Positions 41,615-50,922 of a stretch of 64,000 nt of DNA are shown here, in pieces. The position numbers were made by a program, and so were the translations under genes. The notes under the pieces are model-generated. The model was not told where the DNA came from, ran no database searches, and saw nothing but the letters and a program-made list of their open reading frames with translations. Each line of letters begins with the position of its first letter. Positions within the stretch are counted from its first letter, which is position 1. This DNA comes from an uncultured virus (IMG/VR IMGVR_UViG_3300014057_000711) (taxonomy: Duplodnaviria > Heunggongvirae > Uroviricota > Caudoviricetes), in IMG/VR virus record IMGVR_UViG_3300014057_000711, one strand, 5' to 3'.

Positions 41615-41938
41615 TTAATATTTCGTGCTTTGAATAAACAGTCTTAGAATGCGCTCAATTCGCTTTTTCTGTATGGCAACCATCAACAATGAGACGAAAC
41701 TGAATACAAACGAGAGCAGACACGCAAAATAGACGATGTACCAAACAACAGGTGTGGGCGAGTTTTTTCGGTAACCGAATCTCTCCAGCTCTTTCTGCTT
41801 CTGCATCATCTGGATGAACAAGGCGAGACTGGCTACCCATATTCCTATGGCAACCAACAAAAGCCAGTTGAAAATACCGTCATACTGGTACTTTAACGAC
41901 AAGTCTATTAGTAACGCCAATGATGAGATAATACACAT
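41615..41938 (-). CDS. Small membrane protein
   Basis: Three hydrophobic segments; TAAATTTG box upstream. Confidence 0.55.
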   Translation of the reverse strand: MCIISSLALLIDLSLKYQYDGIFNWLLLVAIGIWVASLALFIQMMQKQKELERFGYRKNSPTPVVWYIVYFACLLSFVFSFVSLLMVAIQKKRIERILRLFIQSTKY

Positions 41939-42149
41939 GATGCTCCTTAAAAGATGATAGAGAATTGATTACAACCGCAAATTTAATGGTTTATCGGCAC
42001 TTTTGCAAGGAACGATTGAAAATAGTAGCGCCTGATGGAGAAATAATCCTCAAAGAAACTCGCCCCTGGTGGCGAGTTCTTTGTTTCTATTAGGTATGGT
42101 GCAGGCACCATTCTTTTGTTTGATGCTCCTCACGCTACTTTGCGTGCCT

Positions 42150-42503
42150 GAAGAATGAGATGGATGTTGCCATAATGGATTTTTCATGGCGTGATTTTTG
42201 GCTACTGCTGTCGCTGCTGTATAACTATTTTCCGGTACAAAGTTAGTGCAAGCCGCTCCGCTCGCAAGGCCCAGGTCAGGTTGACTCGAAATTTTTCTTC
42301 ATTTTTTTCTTTCACCGCTGCGCTGATAAAAAAATGTTGCACCCCGAGGGGAAGAAAATTTTCGGTCAAGCCTTGCGGGTCGCTTTCCTTGACTCACTTA
42401 TTATGCACCGAAAAAAGATTATACGCGACATACGTAGACAAAAATTATTCACTTCATAAAAAATTCATCCATCATGACAACATCTGTTAACATATCATTC
42501 TTC
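42150..42503. promoter_or_regulatory. Long fold-back module 2 with minus-strand promoter (TAACTTTG, 42238-42245)
   Basis: gaagaatga/tcattcttc, gatgttgccat/atgacaacatc, tgtcgc/gcgaca, cgcaaggc/gccttgcg, aatttttcttc/gaagaaaatt. Confidence 0.7.
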
Positions 42504-42716
42504 TTCTCGGCAAGCAAAGCCGCTGACGGAGCAGAGAAAAAAGATTGCCGCTCTACCGCATCCAATAATTATTCTGCCGATTTGGTGGACCTTGACAATG
42601 AGGTTTACACCTTTGAGGTTGAGGCAAGCACCGATAGCGAGGCAAGCGAGCAGGCTGAAAGGATAGCTTTTGAGATGGGCATCCAAGTGAGTTATATCAA
42701 CATCTATAAGGCTTGA
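42474..42716 (+). CDS. Small hypothetical protein
   Basis: 80 aa; start codon lies inside the 3' arm of module 2. Confidence 0.65.
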   Translation: MTTSVNISFFFSASKAADGAEKKDCRSTASNNYSADLVDLDNEVYTFEVEASTDSEASEQAERIAFEMGIQVSYINIYKA

Positions 42717-42767
42717 AATACTAACTAACAATTAATCATAATTATTCACATTCTAAATTTTACTACT

Positions 42768-43148
42768 ATGGCTAACTTAATTTTGGCATCTAAGAGAACA
42801 TTCAAGAGCGGTGAGTTTTGGCACGTTTACCGCAGTGAGAACGGCAACAAGAGTGAGGAGTTTTTCTTCAGCGCAAACAACCCTGTAAAGGCATTACGCT
42901 ATGCGTTCATTTTGCGCTCACGTCATGGCGCCATCATTCCAAAGGGAGTTTATGGCAAACTCATGGCTGACGTGAAAGCGAGCAAGGCACAAGCCGAGCA
43001 GGAGCCAAGCACCGCACAAGCCGAGGCAAGCGAGAACACCGCACACGAGCAAGCCACCGAGAGCAAGCCCAAGCGCACCACTCGCAAGGCTGGCACCAAG
43101 CGCACCAACAAGAAAGCGAACACCACCGCAAACACCGAGAGCAAGTAA
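42768..43148 (+). CDS. Small protein with K/T/A-rich basic tail
   Basis: 126 aa, good start context. Confidence 0.65.
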   Translation: MANLILASKRTFKSGEFWHVYRSENGNKSEEFFFSANNPVKALRYAFILRSRHGAIIPKGVYGKLMADVKASKAQAEQEPSTAQAEASENTAHEQATESKPKRTTRKAGTKRTNKKANTTANTESK

Positions 43149-43207
43149 CAAGATTGTTTAACATGGTGGGCGAGCCATCGCCCACCACCTAAAACCCTTT
43201 AACTATT

Positions 43208-43504
43208 ATGATACACGTTAATGATTTCAAATGAAAAGACGCAAGCGAGCAGCTGCCTTTGTGCGACCTTGAGCACATTGGCATCAGAGACAGCGCACCC
43301 GTGATTATTGTCTATATTGAGAACGGCTTCCGGTTTACCGGTGTGGCACGTTACCACCTTGACAAGGGATGGACTACCGCCGACGGCATCCCGATGGCAA
43401 AACTGTGTGACGCACCGCACAAGGTGGTGCAGTGGGCACCCATCCCCATGGCACGCCAAGAGTGGGAAGAGAGATTGATGAGCGAGAACGCACTCGCAGA
43501 GTGA
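43208..43504 (+). pseudogene. DUF551-like gene with an in-frame TGA at codon 9
   Basis: ATG 43208 reads MIHVNDFK*KDASEQLPLCD..VVQWAPIP; the stop falls where the related 2892 protein has W (WKD). Confidence 0.55.
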
Positions 43505-43756
43505 TTAACCCGATGGTGGGCGCACAACTGGCGCCCACCTTTCAAAGACACCCGAAACTATGAAAGGTAGAAGAAAAAACGAGGAGACCTGCTATTACTG
43601 CAAATTTGCTTATGCTTGCGGATGGCACTTGTGGCACTGCACCAAGCACGATGAGCCAGTGAGTGAGCAAGGCACCTGCCCCGACTGGGAGGAGGAATAA
43701 AACAAATGTTTAACTTGGTGGGGAGCAATCCCCACCACAAAGAAACCGACAAAATT

Positions 43757-44011
43757 ATGACTGACAAGATTTTTAACCTGCTGGACCAAATTAACCGAGA
43801 AGGCATCGACAACGGAACATGGGGAGTGGCCGAAGGCATTGACGACACACGGAGCTATTTCGGCACCATAGAGACCGAGAACCTAAGAGGCTACAAGCTG
43901 ATTTACATCTACATGGGAGCCGAGGACTATTATTGTTTTGTAAAGCCGCAAACGGCAGACCTGAGAATGAAAGTCGCTGACGATAACGAGCTGCTGATCT
44001 GGTTCGCTTAA
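43757..44011 (+). CDS. Small hypothetical protein
   Basis: 84 aa, following a tggtgggga/tccccacca hairpin. Confidence 0.6.
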   Translation: MTDKIFNLLDQINREGIDNGTWGVAEGIDDTRSYFGTIETENLRGYKLIYIYMGAEDYYCFVKPQTADLRMKVADDNELLIWFA

Positions 44012-44169
44012 CGCAGATGGCGAGCGCACCGCCCAAACAAAGGCGATGCGCTCGCTTGGATCTTTTCACCCAGGGAGACCCGAAAAAATTTTTTCTTCGC
44101 TTCGCTTAGACGATAAGGAATGAACCAGTGGTTTTATGGAGACCGCCCCATGGGCGGCTCGTTTTTTTA

Positions 44170-44205
44170 TGTCTTTTGGTGAAATAAGTATGGACTGTAT
44201 TTTTG
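44170..44205 (+). promoter_or_regulatory. Putative late promoter TGTCTTTT-N20-TATTTTTG
   Basis: Conserved motif and spacing; directly after a terminator (44139-44168). Confidence 0.7.
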
Positions 44206-44262
44206 CCGCATAGAAACCTCGCTCACGCTCGGTTCTATGCTTTTATGGTAAAATGAAATGAT

Positions 44263-45363
44263 ATGGCAATCAATCTCTCAACTCAAATACCGCAGCTCTT
44301 GTTCTCCTCGGCAATCCCCGACCTCGCCATCAACACCGACGGCGATGGCGAGGTGGAGATTGCTCTCACATCGGCTGGCAACACAGTGTTCACCGCAAGC
44401 CATTATCCATATAACCGGCAGATCAAGGTCTATGACCTGCGCTCGGTGGTGGAATACTATATGCGCTCGCAAGGCTCCTCGCTGATGGACTTCGCCATCA
44501 CGGTCGATGACGGAAGCGGTGCCAGACAACTATGCTCGTTCAAGGTGATATACCTTGAGCACCGCTTTGATGGGGATATCACCGTGTTCCTGCGTAACAA
44601 CTTCCTCACGAACACGTCGTCAAAGATGACTTCACAGAAGGCACTTGAAAAACTAACGGTCTATCTAGAGGCAGGACAGAGTGAGCGTGTGCGATATGAG
44701 ATCGTGACGCAGCGTGAGGATGAACCGGCGCAGCTCACGGTGGCTACCGAGGACATAGGAGGCTACACAGACGCAAGGCTCGTGGACATATCACTCTCTT
44801 GTGAGGTGATACGTGAGATGGGGAGCATCGACCCGGCAGCAAGGCTGCTGGCATTCAGCGTGCACGTGGGCGCGCGGGCGTTCACCTACTATGTCTCACC
44901 ATGTGAGCCGCAGCTGAGGATGTTCTTCCGCAACGCCTTCAACGTGTGGGAGTGCTGCGAGCTGTTTGCTGTCACCACACAGATAGCGGAGTCGGAACGC
45001 TCGATAGCGGTGACGAACCGCATCTCCACGTTCTACAACCAGCGCAACGAGAAGAAGTATGAGGTGGAGTCGGCAGGTCTGACCTACGAGCAGGCTCAAT
45101 GGATTGAGCAGCTGTTCTACTCGCACGACGTGCGCATGGGTGAGTTGGACGATGAGCTGGAACCCTGGGATGTTGAGCTGGCAGACCTGCCGAGGGTGCT
45201 CATCACAGACTTCACCTGTGAGATCTCCGACAAGGACGGTGAACTCAACACGGTGAAGTTCACTTACCAGTTCGCTGACCGCAGAACTTGGCTGCAGACG
45301 GACTACCTCACGGTAGATCACGACAGAGTGTTCACCGAACAATATGACCCGACATTCAACTGA
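44263..45363 (+). CDS. Phage structural (tail/baseplate-like) protein
   Basis: 366 aa, 'FFRNAFNVWE', under a late promoter; function inferred from context. Confidence 0.55.
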   Translation: MAINLSTQIPQLLFSSAIPDLAINTDGDGEVEIALTSAGNTVFTASHYPYNRQIKVYDLRSVVEYYMRSQGSSLMDFAITVDDGSGARQLCSFKVIYLEHRFDGDITVFLRNNFLTNTSSKMTSQKALEKLTVYLEAGQSERVRYEIVTQREDEPAQLTVATEDIGGYTDARLVDISLSCEVIREMGSIDPAARLLAFSVHVGARAFTYYVSPCEPQLRMFFRNAFNVWECCELFAVTTQIAESERSIAVTNRISTFYNQRNEKKYEVESAGLTYEQAQWIEQLFYSHDVRMGELDDELEPWDVELADLPRVLITDFTCEISDKDGELNTVKFTYQFADRRTWLQTDYLTVDHDRVFTEQYDPTFN

Positions 45364-45393
45364 TTACTCACAACTCATAACTCAAAACGAACT

Positions 45394-45627
45394 ATGGCTA
45401 ACTCAATACACATATCAACGCTTCGCAAGATGCTCAAGGCTGGTGACCCAGTGGACCTGAAACTGTGGACTAAATCGGGAGAGATCCAGGAGTGGAAAAA
45501 TTGTATACCGCTGCGCTACAATTTCTACAAAGGCACGCAGCAGTTCAAGCTGCTCAACTCTGGGCAAATCAGACAAGCGCGCCTGGCGTGCGTGTTCAGC
45601 GTGAATAATTTGGAGGTGTTTTTATAG
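45394..45627 (+). CDS. Small phage protein
   Basis: 77 aa, 'VDLKLWTKSGEI...NSGQIR'. Confidence 0.65.
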   Translation: MANSIHISTLRKMLKAGDPVDLKLWTKSGEIQEWKNCIPLRYNFYKGTQQFKLLNSGQIRQARLACVFSVNNLEVFL

Positions 45628-45696
45628 CTTCTAAATGCCGATTTTTGGTAATAATTCAATATCTTTGCAGATAGTTATTAACCAAAATACATTGTT

Positions 45697-46638
45697 ATGA
45701 AAAAAATTCTTTCACTATTGATTTTTTTAGTTTTATTTTCAGCTCATTTGTCATACGGTAAAGACTTATTGCTTTTAGGGGCTCTAATGGAAAATGACCA
45801 AATGAAGGAAGGGGTTTATATAGATATTGAGTTGACAAATAAACAACCCGATCCGGAGTCATATACTTTGACAGGAGAAAATTTTTTAATAGTAAAAATA
45901 TTGAATTTCACAAAGGATAAATTATTATATTATAATGTGTTCTTTAATAAATCATCTTTTTCATTAAAGAATGATCCTTTGGGTGAAATAATTGAACTTT
46001 ATCAAGGAATATATGTTAATAATGAGATAGCGATATTACGCGCAAAAGCAGGACACTATATTGTTATAACAAGTGTAAATGAAAAAAACCAAACCTTTGT
46101 TTTTTCTAAAAATAGTGCAGCTGCAGAAGAATTTATGCCATTTTTGAAAGATGCCATTATAAAAAGTGGAATAAAAGATTTTTGGGAAATCGAAGATGAA
46201 CAAATAACAGAGTCAACAAAGATTGAACCATATCAATCAAACTCAAAAAATAAGATGATTTATAACGGAATCATAGTTGCTGAGGATAATGAAATATATG
46301 AAGGAGGCTTTGTTCCAGTTTTTATTGAACTTGAGAAAAAAAAGCAATCAAATACAGGAACTGACAATATTATTGTGAAAATAAAAGATAGGGGAACATC
46401 AGAATTATATTATCATGGCGAGTTTAATAAAGATTCAAAATTAGTTGTAAAAAAAGATTATCTTTTAATAAAGGGAAATTCTGGTAGTTCTTCATTGGAA
46501 GTAAAAAATAATGAAGATTGGGACTTTGTAATTGAAACAAGTTTGATGACAGGTAAAATATTAAAAAAATATATTATTGCTATAGAAGATGCTACTCAAG
46601 AAGATTTTAGTTCGATAATATCATTTTTTAAACAATAA
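45697..46638 (+). CDS. AT-rich secreted moron protein with internal domain duplication
   Basis: Signal peptide, own TATCTTTG box near 45660, two similar 'IEL..K......IVKI......LYY' segments. Confidence 0.65.
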   Translation: MKKILSLLIFLVLFSAHLSYGKDLLLLGALMENDQMKEGVYIDIELTNKQPDPESYTLTGENFLIVKILNFTKDKLLYYNVFFNKSSFSLKNDPLGEIIELYQGIYVNNEIAILRAKAGHYIVITSVNEKNQTFVFSKNSAAAEEFMPFLKDAIIKSGIKDFWEIEDEQITESTKIEPYQSNSKNKMIYNGIIVAEDNEIYEGGFVPVFIELEKKKQSNTGTDNIIVKIKDRGTSELYYHGEFNKDSKLVVKKDYLLIKGNSGSSSLEVKNNEDWDFVIETSLMTGKILKKYIIAIEDATQEDFSSIISFFKQ

Positions 46639-46665
46639 AACACACCAAATAGGAATTTTCACTAG

Positions 46666-46701
46666 TGTCTTTTAGACTATAATACAGACTCCATAATTTT
46701 G
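46666..46701 (+). promoter_or_regulatory. Putative late promoter TGTCTTTT-N20-TAATTTTG
   Basis: Conserved motif and spacing. Confidence 0.7.
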
Positions 46702-46722
46702 CGGAAACAAAATCGCAGAATT

Positions 46723-48102
46723 ATGGAGTTAAATTTTAATAGTGTAGAGACAATACCCAACCTCAAAGCCTCTGCGGCATTCCAGGTTGACAGCGGAAAG
46801 GTGTTCAAAGAGGATACGGATATCGCTCCTGTGGCAATTGATGAGCGTCTTTCTTACATGCCATGGGGTGGCGATAACGAGATGCCTTTTAACTTGCTTA
46901 ATCTTATCGAGGGGGACGAGACGCTTGCCACCTGCCAGCAGTTCAACGCTGAGGTGTGCTACGGCAGTGGCCTACGATATAACGTGGACGACTGCACAAA
47001 GGCAGTGCGCCAGCAGGTGGAGGACTTCATGCTTGACAATGCCATGGCGCAGTACTGGCTCGGTGTCTGTCACGACTTCAAGCATTTCGCCTTTTGCGTG
47101 ACGGTAATCATCCTCAATGCCGATGGCAGTAAGGTGGTGCGACTCATGCGCAAGGAGGCGTGCTACTGCCGCCTCACTCCTGCCGAGAAGGACGGCACCA
47201 TACGACACGTGCTGTACGCCAACTGGCGGCAAACTGTGGCAAAGCGCGATGAGATAGAGGTGATTGACTTGCTTGATGTGAACTCGCCATGGCGCGACCT
47301 AGCGGTGCGCCTGGGACGTATAGCAGGCGACGACGGCAAGAAGAAGGTGCGCACGAAGTCACGCAAGTTTGCCGTGCTGACTCGTGTGCCGACACCAGAC
47401 AGCACGTATTACCCGATACCGTACTACGCCGCACTTTTCAAAGGTAAGTGGTACAACATCAAGCAACTCATCGGGATGGCGAAGGAGGCGAAACTGAAGA
47501 ACATCGCCCCAATCAAATATCAGATTGAAATCAGTAACAAGTACTGGGAGTCTATCTTCAAGAGCGAGGGCATCACCGACCGACGGGAGCAACAGAAACG
47601 CATCGTCAAGGAGAAGCAGCAGATTCTGGACTTCCTCACTGGCGTTGAGAACGCCGGCAAGGTGTGGTTCTCCACATTCTATGTGGCTCCCACTGGAGAG
47701 GTGCAGCACGAGGTGGTGATCAACAAAATTGACAACGACAAGGAGGGCGGCGACTGGTCCACCGACATCCAGGAGGCGGTGAACATGTTCTGCTTCACGA
47801 TGCGTGTGCACTCGAACCTCGTGGGTTCGGTGCCGGGGAAGTCGCAGACGAACAACAGCGGCTCGGACAAGCGCGAGCTTTACACCATCGCCCACTCCCT
47901 GCAGAAGCCCTACCACGACCTGCTATTTGCAGTGCATCGCCTGGTGATGCGATTCAACGGCTGGAAGGGAGCGTTCCCTGAATGTCCTTTCGTGCAGCTG
48001 ACGCTCCTTAGCGACCATGTGGACGCACAAGAGGTGACAATGGAGAATGACAACGACAAAGACGGCAAGCCGTCTGCCGACGAGGTTTGGCGACACAAAT
48101 AA
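46723..48102 (+). CDS. Probable portal protein
   Basis: ~460 aa, 'YMPWGGDN', 'YYPIPYY', 'FLTGVENAGK', 'SGSDKRE'. Confidence 0.75.
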   Translation: MELNFNSVETIPNLKASAAFQVDSGKVFKEDTDIAPVAIDERLSYMPWGGDNEMPFNLLNLIEGDETLATCQQFNAEVCYGSGLRYNVDDCTKAVRQQVEDFMLDNAMAQYWLGVCHDFKHFAFCVTVIILNADGSKVVRLMRKEACYCRLTPAEKDGTIRHVLYANWRQTVAKRDEIEVIDLLDVNSPWRDLAVRLGRIAGDDGKKKVRTKSRKFAVLTRVPTPDSTYYPIPYYAALFKGKWYNIKQLIGMAKEAKLKNIAPIKYQIEISNKYWESIFKSEGITDRREQQKRIVKEKQQILDFLTGVENAGKVWFSTFYVAPTGEVQHEVVINKIDNDKEGGDWSTDIQEAVNMFCFTMRVHSNLVGSVPGKSQTNNSGSDKRELYTIAHSLQKPYHDLLFAVHRLVMRFNGWKGAFPECPFVQLTLLSDHVDAQEVTMENDNDKDGKPSADEVWRHK

Positions 48103-48232
48103 CCTTGGAAATCATACATCGAACTTATGCTCTTATGTCTAAGAAACATAATCGCAGGTGAGTAGAGCAATTGTCCGTAATAAAACAAGAACAAAGATTA
48201 TTGTTATTAATTGTCTGAGAAAAACAAACTAT

Positions 48233-49087
48233 ATGGCTACACAAATAATCACATCTGATGAGCAGTTGCGCAGATACCTGCCCAACGCTTTTGCCACCGT
48301 GGAAGGTGAGGCACCGTTCTACGAGAAGGTGCTGCCGTGGCTTGAGGCAGCGGAACGCTGGCTTTCCTTGCAGTTCATAGGCGATGAGTTCGCTGGCGCT
48401 CTCATCGCCATGGAGGAGAATGAGCCACTGAAGATGACGGCTTGCAGCGTGGTGGCGCACGAGGCGCTGATGCGTGCCGTGCCATCGCTGGACCTGGTGC
48501 TCACGCCGAACGGGTTCGGCATAGTGAGCAATTCCAACGTGGCACCGGCAAGCCGTGACCGTGTGACAAGGCTTGTCAAGTCGCTGGAGGAGTCGCGTGA
48601 CATCGCCATCTCGCAGATGCTACAGTATCTGTTCCAAAACGAGCAGTGGTGCGACACATCCAAGCGCCGATGGTTCACAGCTACGCTGTTTCCCAACATC
48701 GACCTGGCAGAACTGTGTGGCGTAACGGAACGGCGATGGGCTAACTACCTCTCGCTGCGCTTGAGGGTAGTGGATATCGAACAGCGCATAGCCGAGGAGT
48801 TCATCTCCATCGCACAGATGGATGTGCTGCGCAATGAGGTCATTGGCATCGATTGGTCATTCTCACTGCATGACCGGCTGCACATGCAGGTCATAGAGCA
48901 ACTGCGCTCCATCGAGTTGAGCGCGTTGCAGGGCAACGCTCTCAACATCCAGGCACTGCGTGACATCGCGGACCTTATGCGAAAGAACGAGGAGATTTTC
49001 CCTGAGTTCACCAACAGCGACACGGCGAAACTCTTCACTCCACCGATTTTTGAGAATAAAAAGAAAGCAAATGGATACTGGTTCTAA
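48233..49087 (+). CDS. Probable head-tail connector-like protein
   Basis: 'PSLDLVLTPNGFGIVSNSNVAPAS'; follows portal. Confidence 0.55.
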   Translation: MATQIITSDEQLRRYLPNAFATVEGEAPFYEKVLPWLEAAERWLSLQFIGDEFAGALIAMEENEPLKMTACSVVAHEALMRAVPSLDLVLTPNGFGIVSNSNVAPASRDRVTRLVKSLEESRDIAISQMLQYLFQNEQWCDTSKRRWFTATLFPNIDLAELCGVTERRWANYLSLRLRVVDIEQRIAEEFISIAQMDVLRNEVIGIDWSFSLHDRLHMQVIEQLRSIELSALQGNALNIQALRDIADLMRKNEEIFPEFTNSDTAKLFTPPIFENKKKANGYWF

Positions 49088-49838
49088 GACTATCGACCTC
49101 AAACTTCCCACACGGTGGGAAGAGTTGACTCAAAAGCAACTGCGCTACCTGTTCTCTCTCATAGCGCAAGGGTATTCCATCGATGAGGTCAAGGCGTTCT
49201 GCCTGTTCAGATGGAACAAGATAACTGTCCTTCATCGCTATGGCGACAAGGGATATATGTGCAAGAAGCGCAATCAACGCTTCGTGGTCACCGCTGCGCA
49301 GGTGACAGCAGCCGTCACTGCGCTGGACTGGATAAAGACGCTGCCGGCTACTCCCGTCCGCATCGCACGGATCGGCTGCCGCCAAGCCGTGGCTGCGGAC
49401 TTCCAGGGGGTGCCGTTTGAGACGTTCATAATCTGTGACAACCTCTATCAAGGGTATATATCAACACAAAATGAGCAGCTGCTGGAGGAGATGGCCACAC
49501 ATCTGTACAGAAGCAAATGCTTCTCGCTGATAATCCGTCTGTCTCAAGCAGACAGAATCGGTATCTTCTATTGGTTCGCTTCGCTGAAGGCGATGCTATC
49601 TCGTCAGTTCCATAACTTCCTGCAACCCGTCCCCCAGGACAATGCCAACCTGCTTGACAGCGACAAATCTCAATATGAGATTCTGACTGCCGCAGTCAAT
49701 GCGCAGATAAGGGCATTGACCAAGGGCGACGTGACGAAGGAGAAACAGGTGCTGGCACTCGACACATGGCGAGCACTCACAGAGCTTGACGCCCTAGCTA
49801 AGGAGTATGAAGAACTAAACAAGCGAGTGCCACGCTAA
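49071..49838 (+). CDS. Hypothetical phage protein
   Basis: 'LPTRWEELT..QL', 'QIRALTKGDVTKE'. Confidence 0.65.
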   Translation: MDTGSKTIDLKLPTRWEELTQKQLRYLFSLIAQGYSIDEVKAFCLFRWNKITVLHRYGDKGYMCKKRNQRFVVTAAQVTAAVTALDWIKTLPATPVRIARIGCRQAVAADFQGVPFETFIICDNLYQGYISTQNEQLLEEMATHLYRSKCFSLIIRLSQADRIGIFYWFASLKAMLSRQFHNFLQPVPQDNANLLDSDKSQYEILTAAVNAQIRALTKGDVTKEKQVLALDTWRALTELDALAKEYEELNKRVPR

Positions 49839-49876
49839 AAAAACTGGCAACTGACAACTCATAACTGAAAACTATT

Positions 49877-50374
49877 ATGAATGACTATCCTATTGGTCGC
49901 TGGGACGCGACAGATTATTTCAAGCAGTTGACGGCCACTAACCGCTTGGCAAAAGAGCAAGGTTTCACCTTTTGCTCGGTCAGCGGTCTGGACGGGTTCG
50001 AGGAAGCCCTTGACCACATGCAGCGGTCAAAGGCTTTGGTGTGCGTCTCGGACATCGCCAACGGCTACACCGAGCTTCACAACACTCCCCGCACGCGGCG
50101 AGTGAAGACGGTGTTCCTGGCGATGCGACACCGCATTGACGACATGAAGGCGCGCAACTCCTGCATGGACACCATGCGGGAGGTGTTCCGGCAGTTTATG
50201 AGCAAGCTCATACTGGAGAAGACGAAACTGGAGCAGCACTGCATCTACATAGACCCTCGCATATCGTTCAACGAGATTGACCGGTATTTCTTCTCGGGTT
50301 GCGCCTGCGCCTATTTCCAAATTGCTGTTGATGTATATACCGACCTTCGCATCAATCCTGCAGAGTGGGACTGA
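49877..50374 (+). CDS. Hypothetical phage protein (tail terminator-like by size and position)
   Basis: 165 aa in the neck/tail region. Confidence 0.5.
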   Translation: MNDYPIGRWDATDYFKQLTATNRLAKEQGFTFCSVSGLDGFEEALDHMQRSKALVCVSDIANGYTELHNTPRTRRVKTVFLAMRHRIDDMKARNSCMDTMREVFRQFMSKLILEKTKLEQHCIYIDPRISFNEIDRYFFSGCACAYFQIAVDVYTDLRINPAEWD

Positions 50375-50398
50375 TGACGACTAAAAAACTGAAAACTG

Positions 50399-50845
50399 AT
50401 GGCTGAGAACTTGAACAATCCCACAGAGCAAGAAGCTATACAGGCGAGGCAGAAGTATGTCACCGCCTTCAACCAGACGATGATCAAGATTTGGAAGGAG
50501 AAAATCACCCTGCTGGATGTCATAGACACAGGCAGGTTGCTGCACAGCGTGCCCATCGTGCTGGCGATGCGCAACGATGGACGGTTCCTGGAGGTGACGC
50601 TTACGCAGTCATTCCTCGAATACGGTCTGTGGCAGGACTACGGCACCGGGCGTGAGACGCCTCGGGGCAACCCAGGCGACATCGGGCGAGCAAAAAAACG
50701 CCAACGGCGTAAGTGGTTCAGCACCAAATATTACGCCTCAGTCATGAATATCAAGGAGTTCTATGAGGAGAACCTGGGGTTACAATTCCTTGGGATTATT
50801 TCAAATGCCCTGAACAAGAAGAATTTCGCCCAAAATCACTTGTGA
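50399..50845 (+). CDS. Probable neck/tail-completion protein
   Basis: 'VIDTGRLLHS', 'YG...DYGTG', 'RRKWFS' pattern. Confidence 0.55.
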   Translation: MAENLNNPTEQEAIQARQKYVTAFNQTMIKIWKEKITLLDVIDTGRLLHSVPIVLAMRNDGRFLEVTLTQSFLEYGLWQDYGTGRETPRGNPGDIGRAKKRQRRKWFSTKYYASVMNIKEFYEENLGLQFLGIISNALNKKNFAQNHL

Positions 50846-50862
50846 TAATGTTCGACAAATCG

Positions 50863-50898
50863 TGTCTTTTGACACACTACTATTTCATAATACTTTTG
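50863..50898 (+). promoter_or_regulatory. Putative late promoter TGTCTTTT-N20-TACTTTTG
   Basis: Conserved motif and spacing. Confidence 0.7.
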
Positions 50899-50922
50899 CC
50901 TCAAATCTAAATCCAAACAAGT

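Noticed and set aside
39535..43504. Stop-codon reassignment suggested by in-frame TAG (39657) and TGA (43232)
   Set aside because: TAG and TGA end many intact genes here; the TAG replaces Glu and comes with a frameshift, so these are pseudogenes
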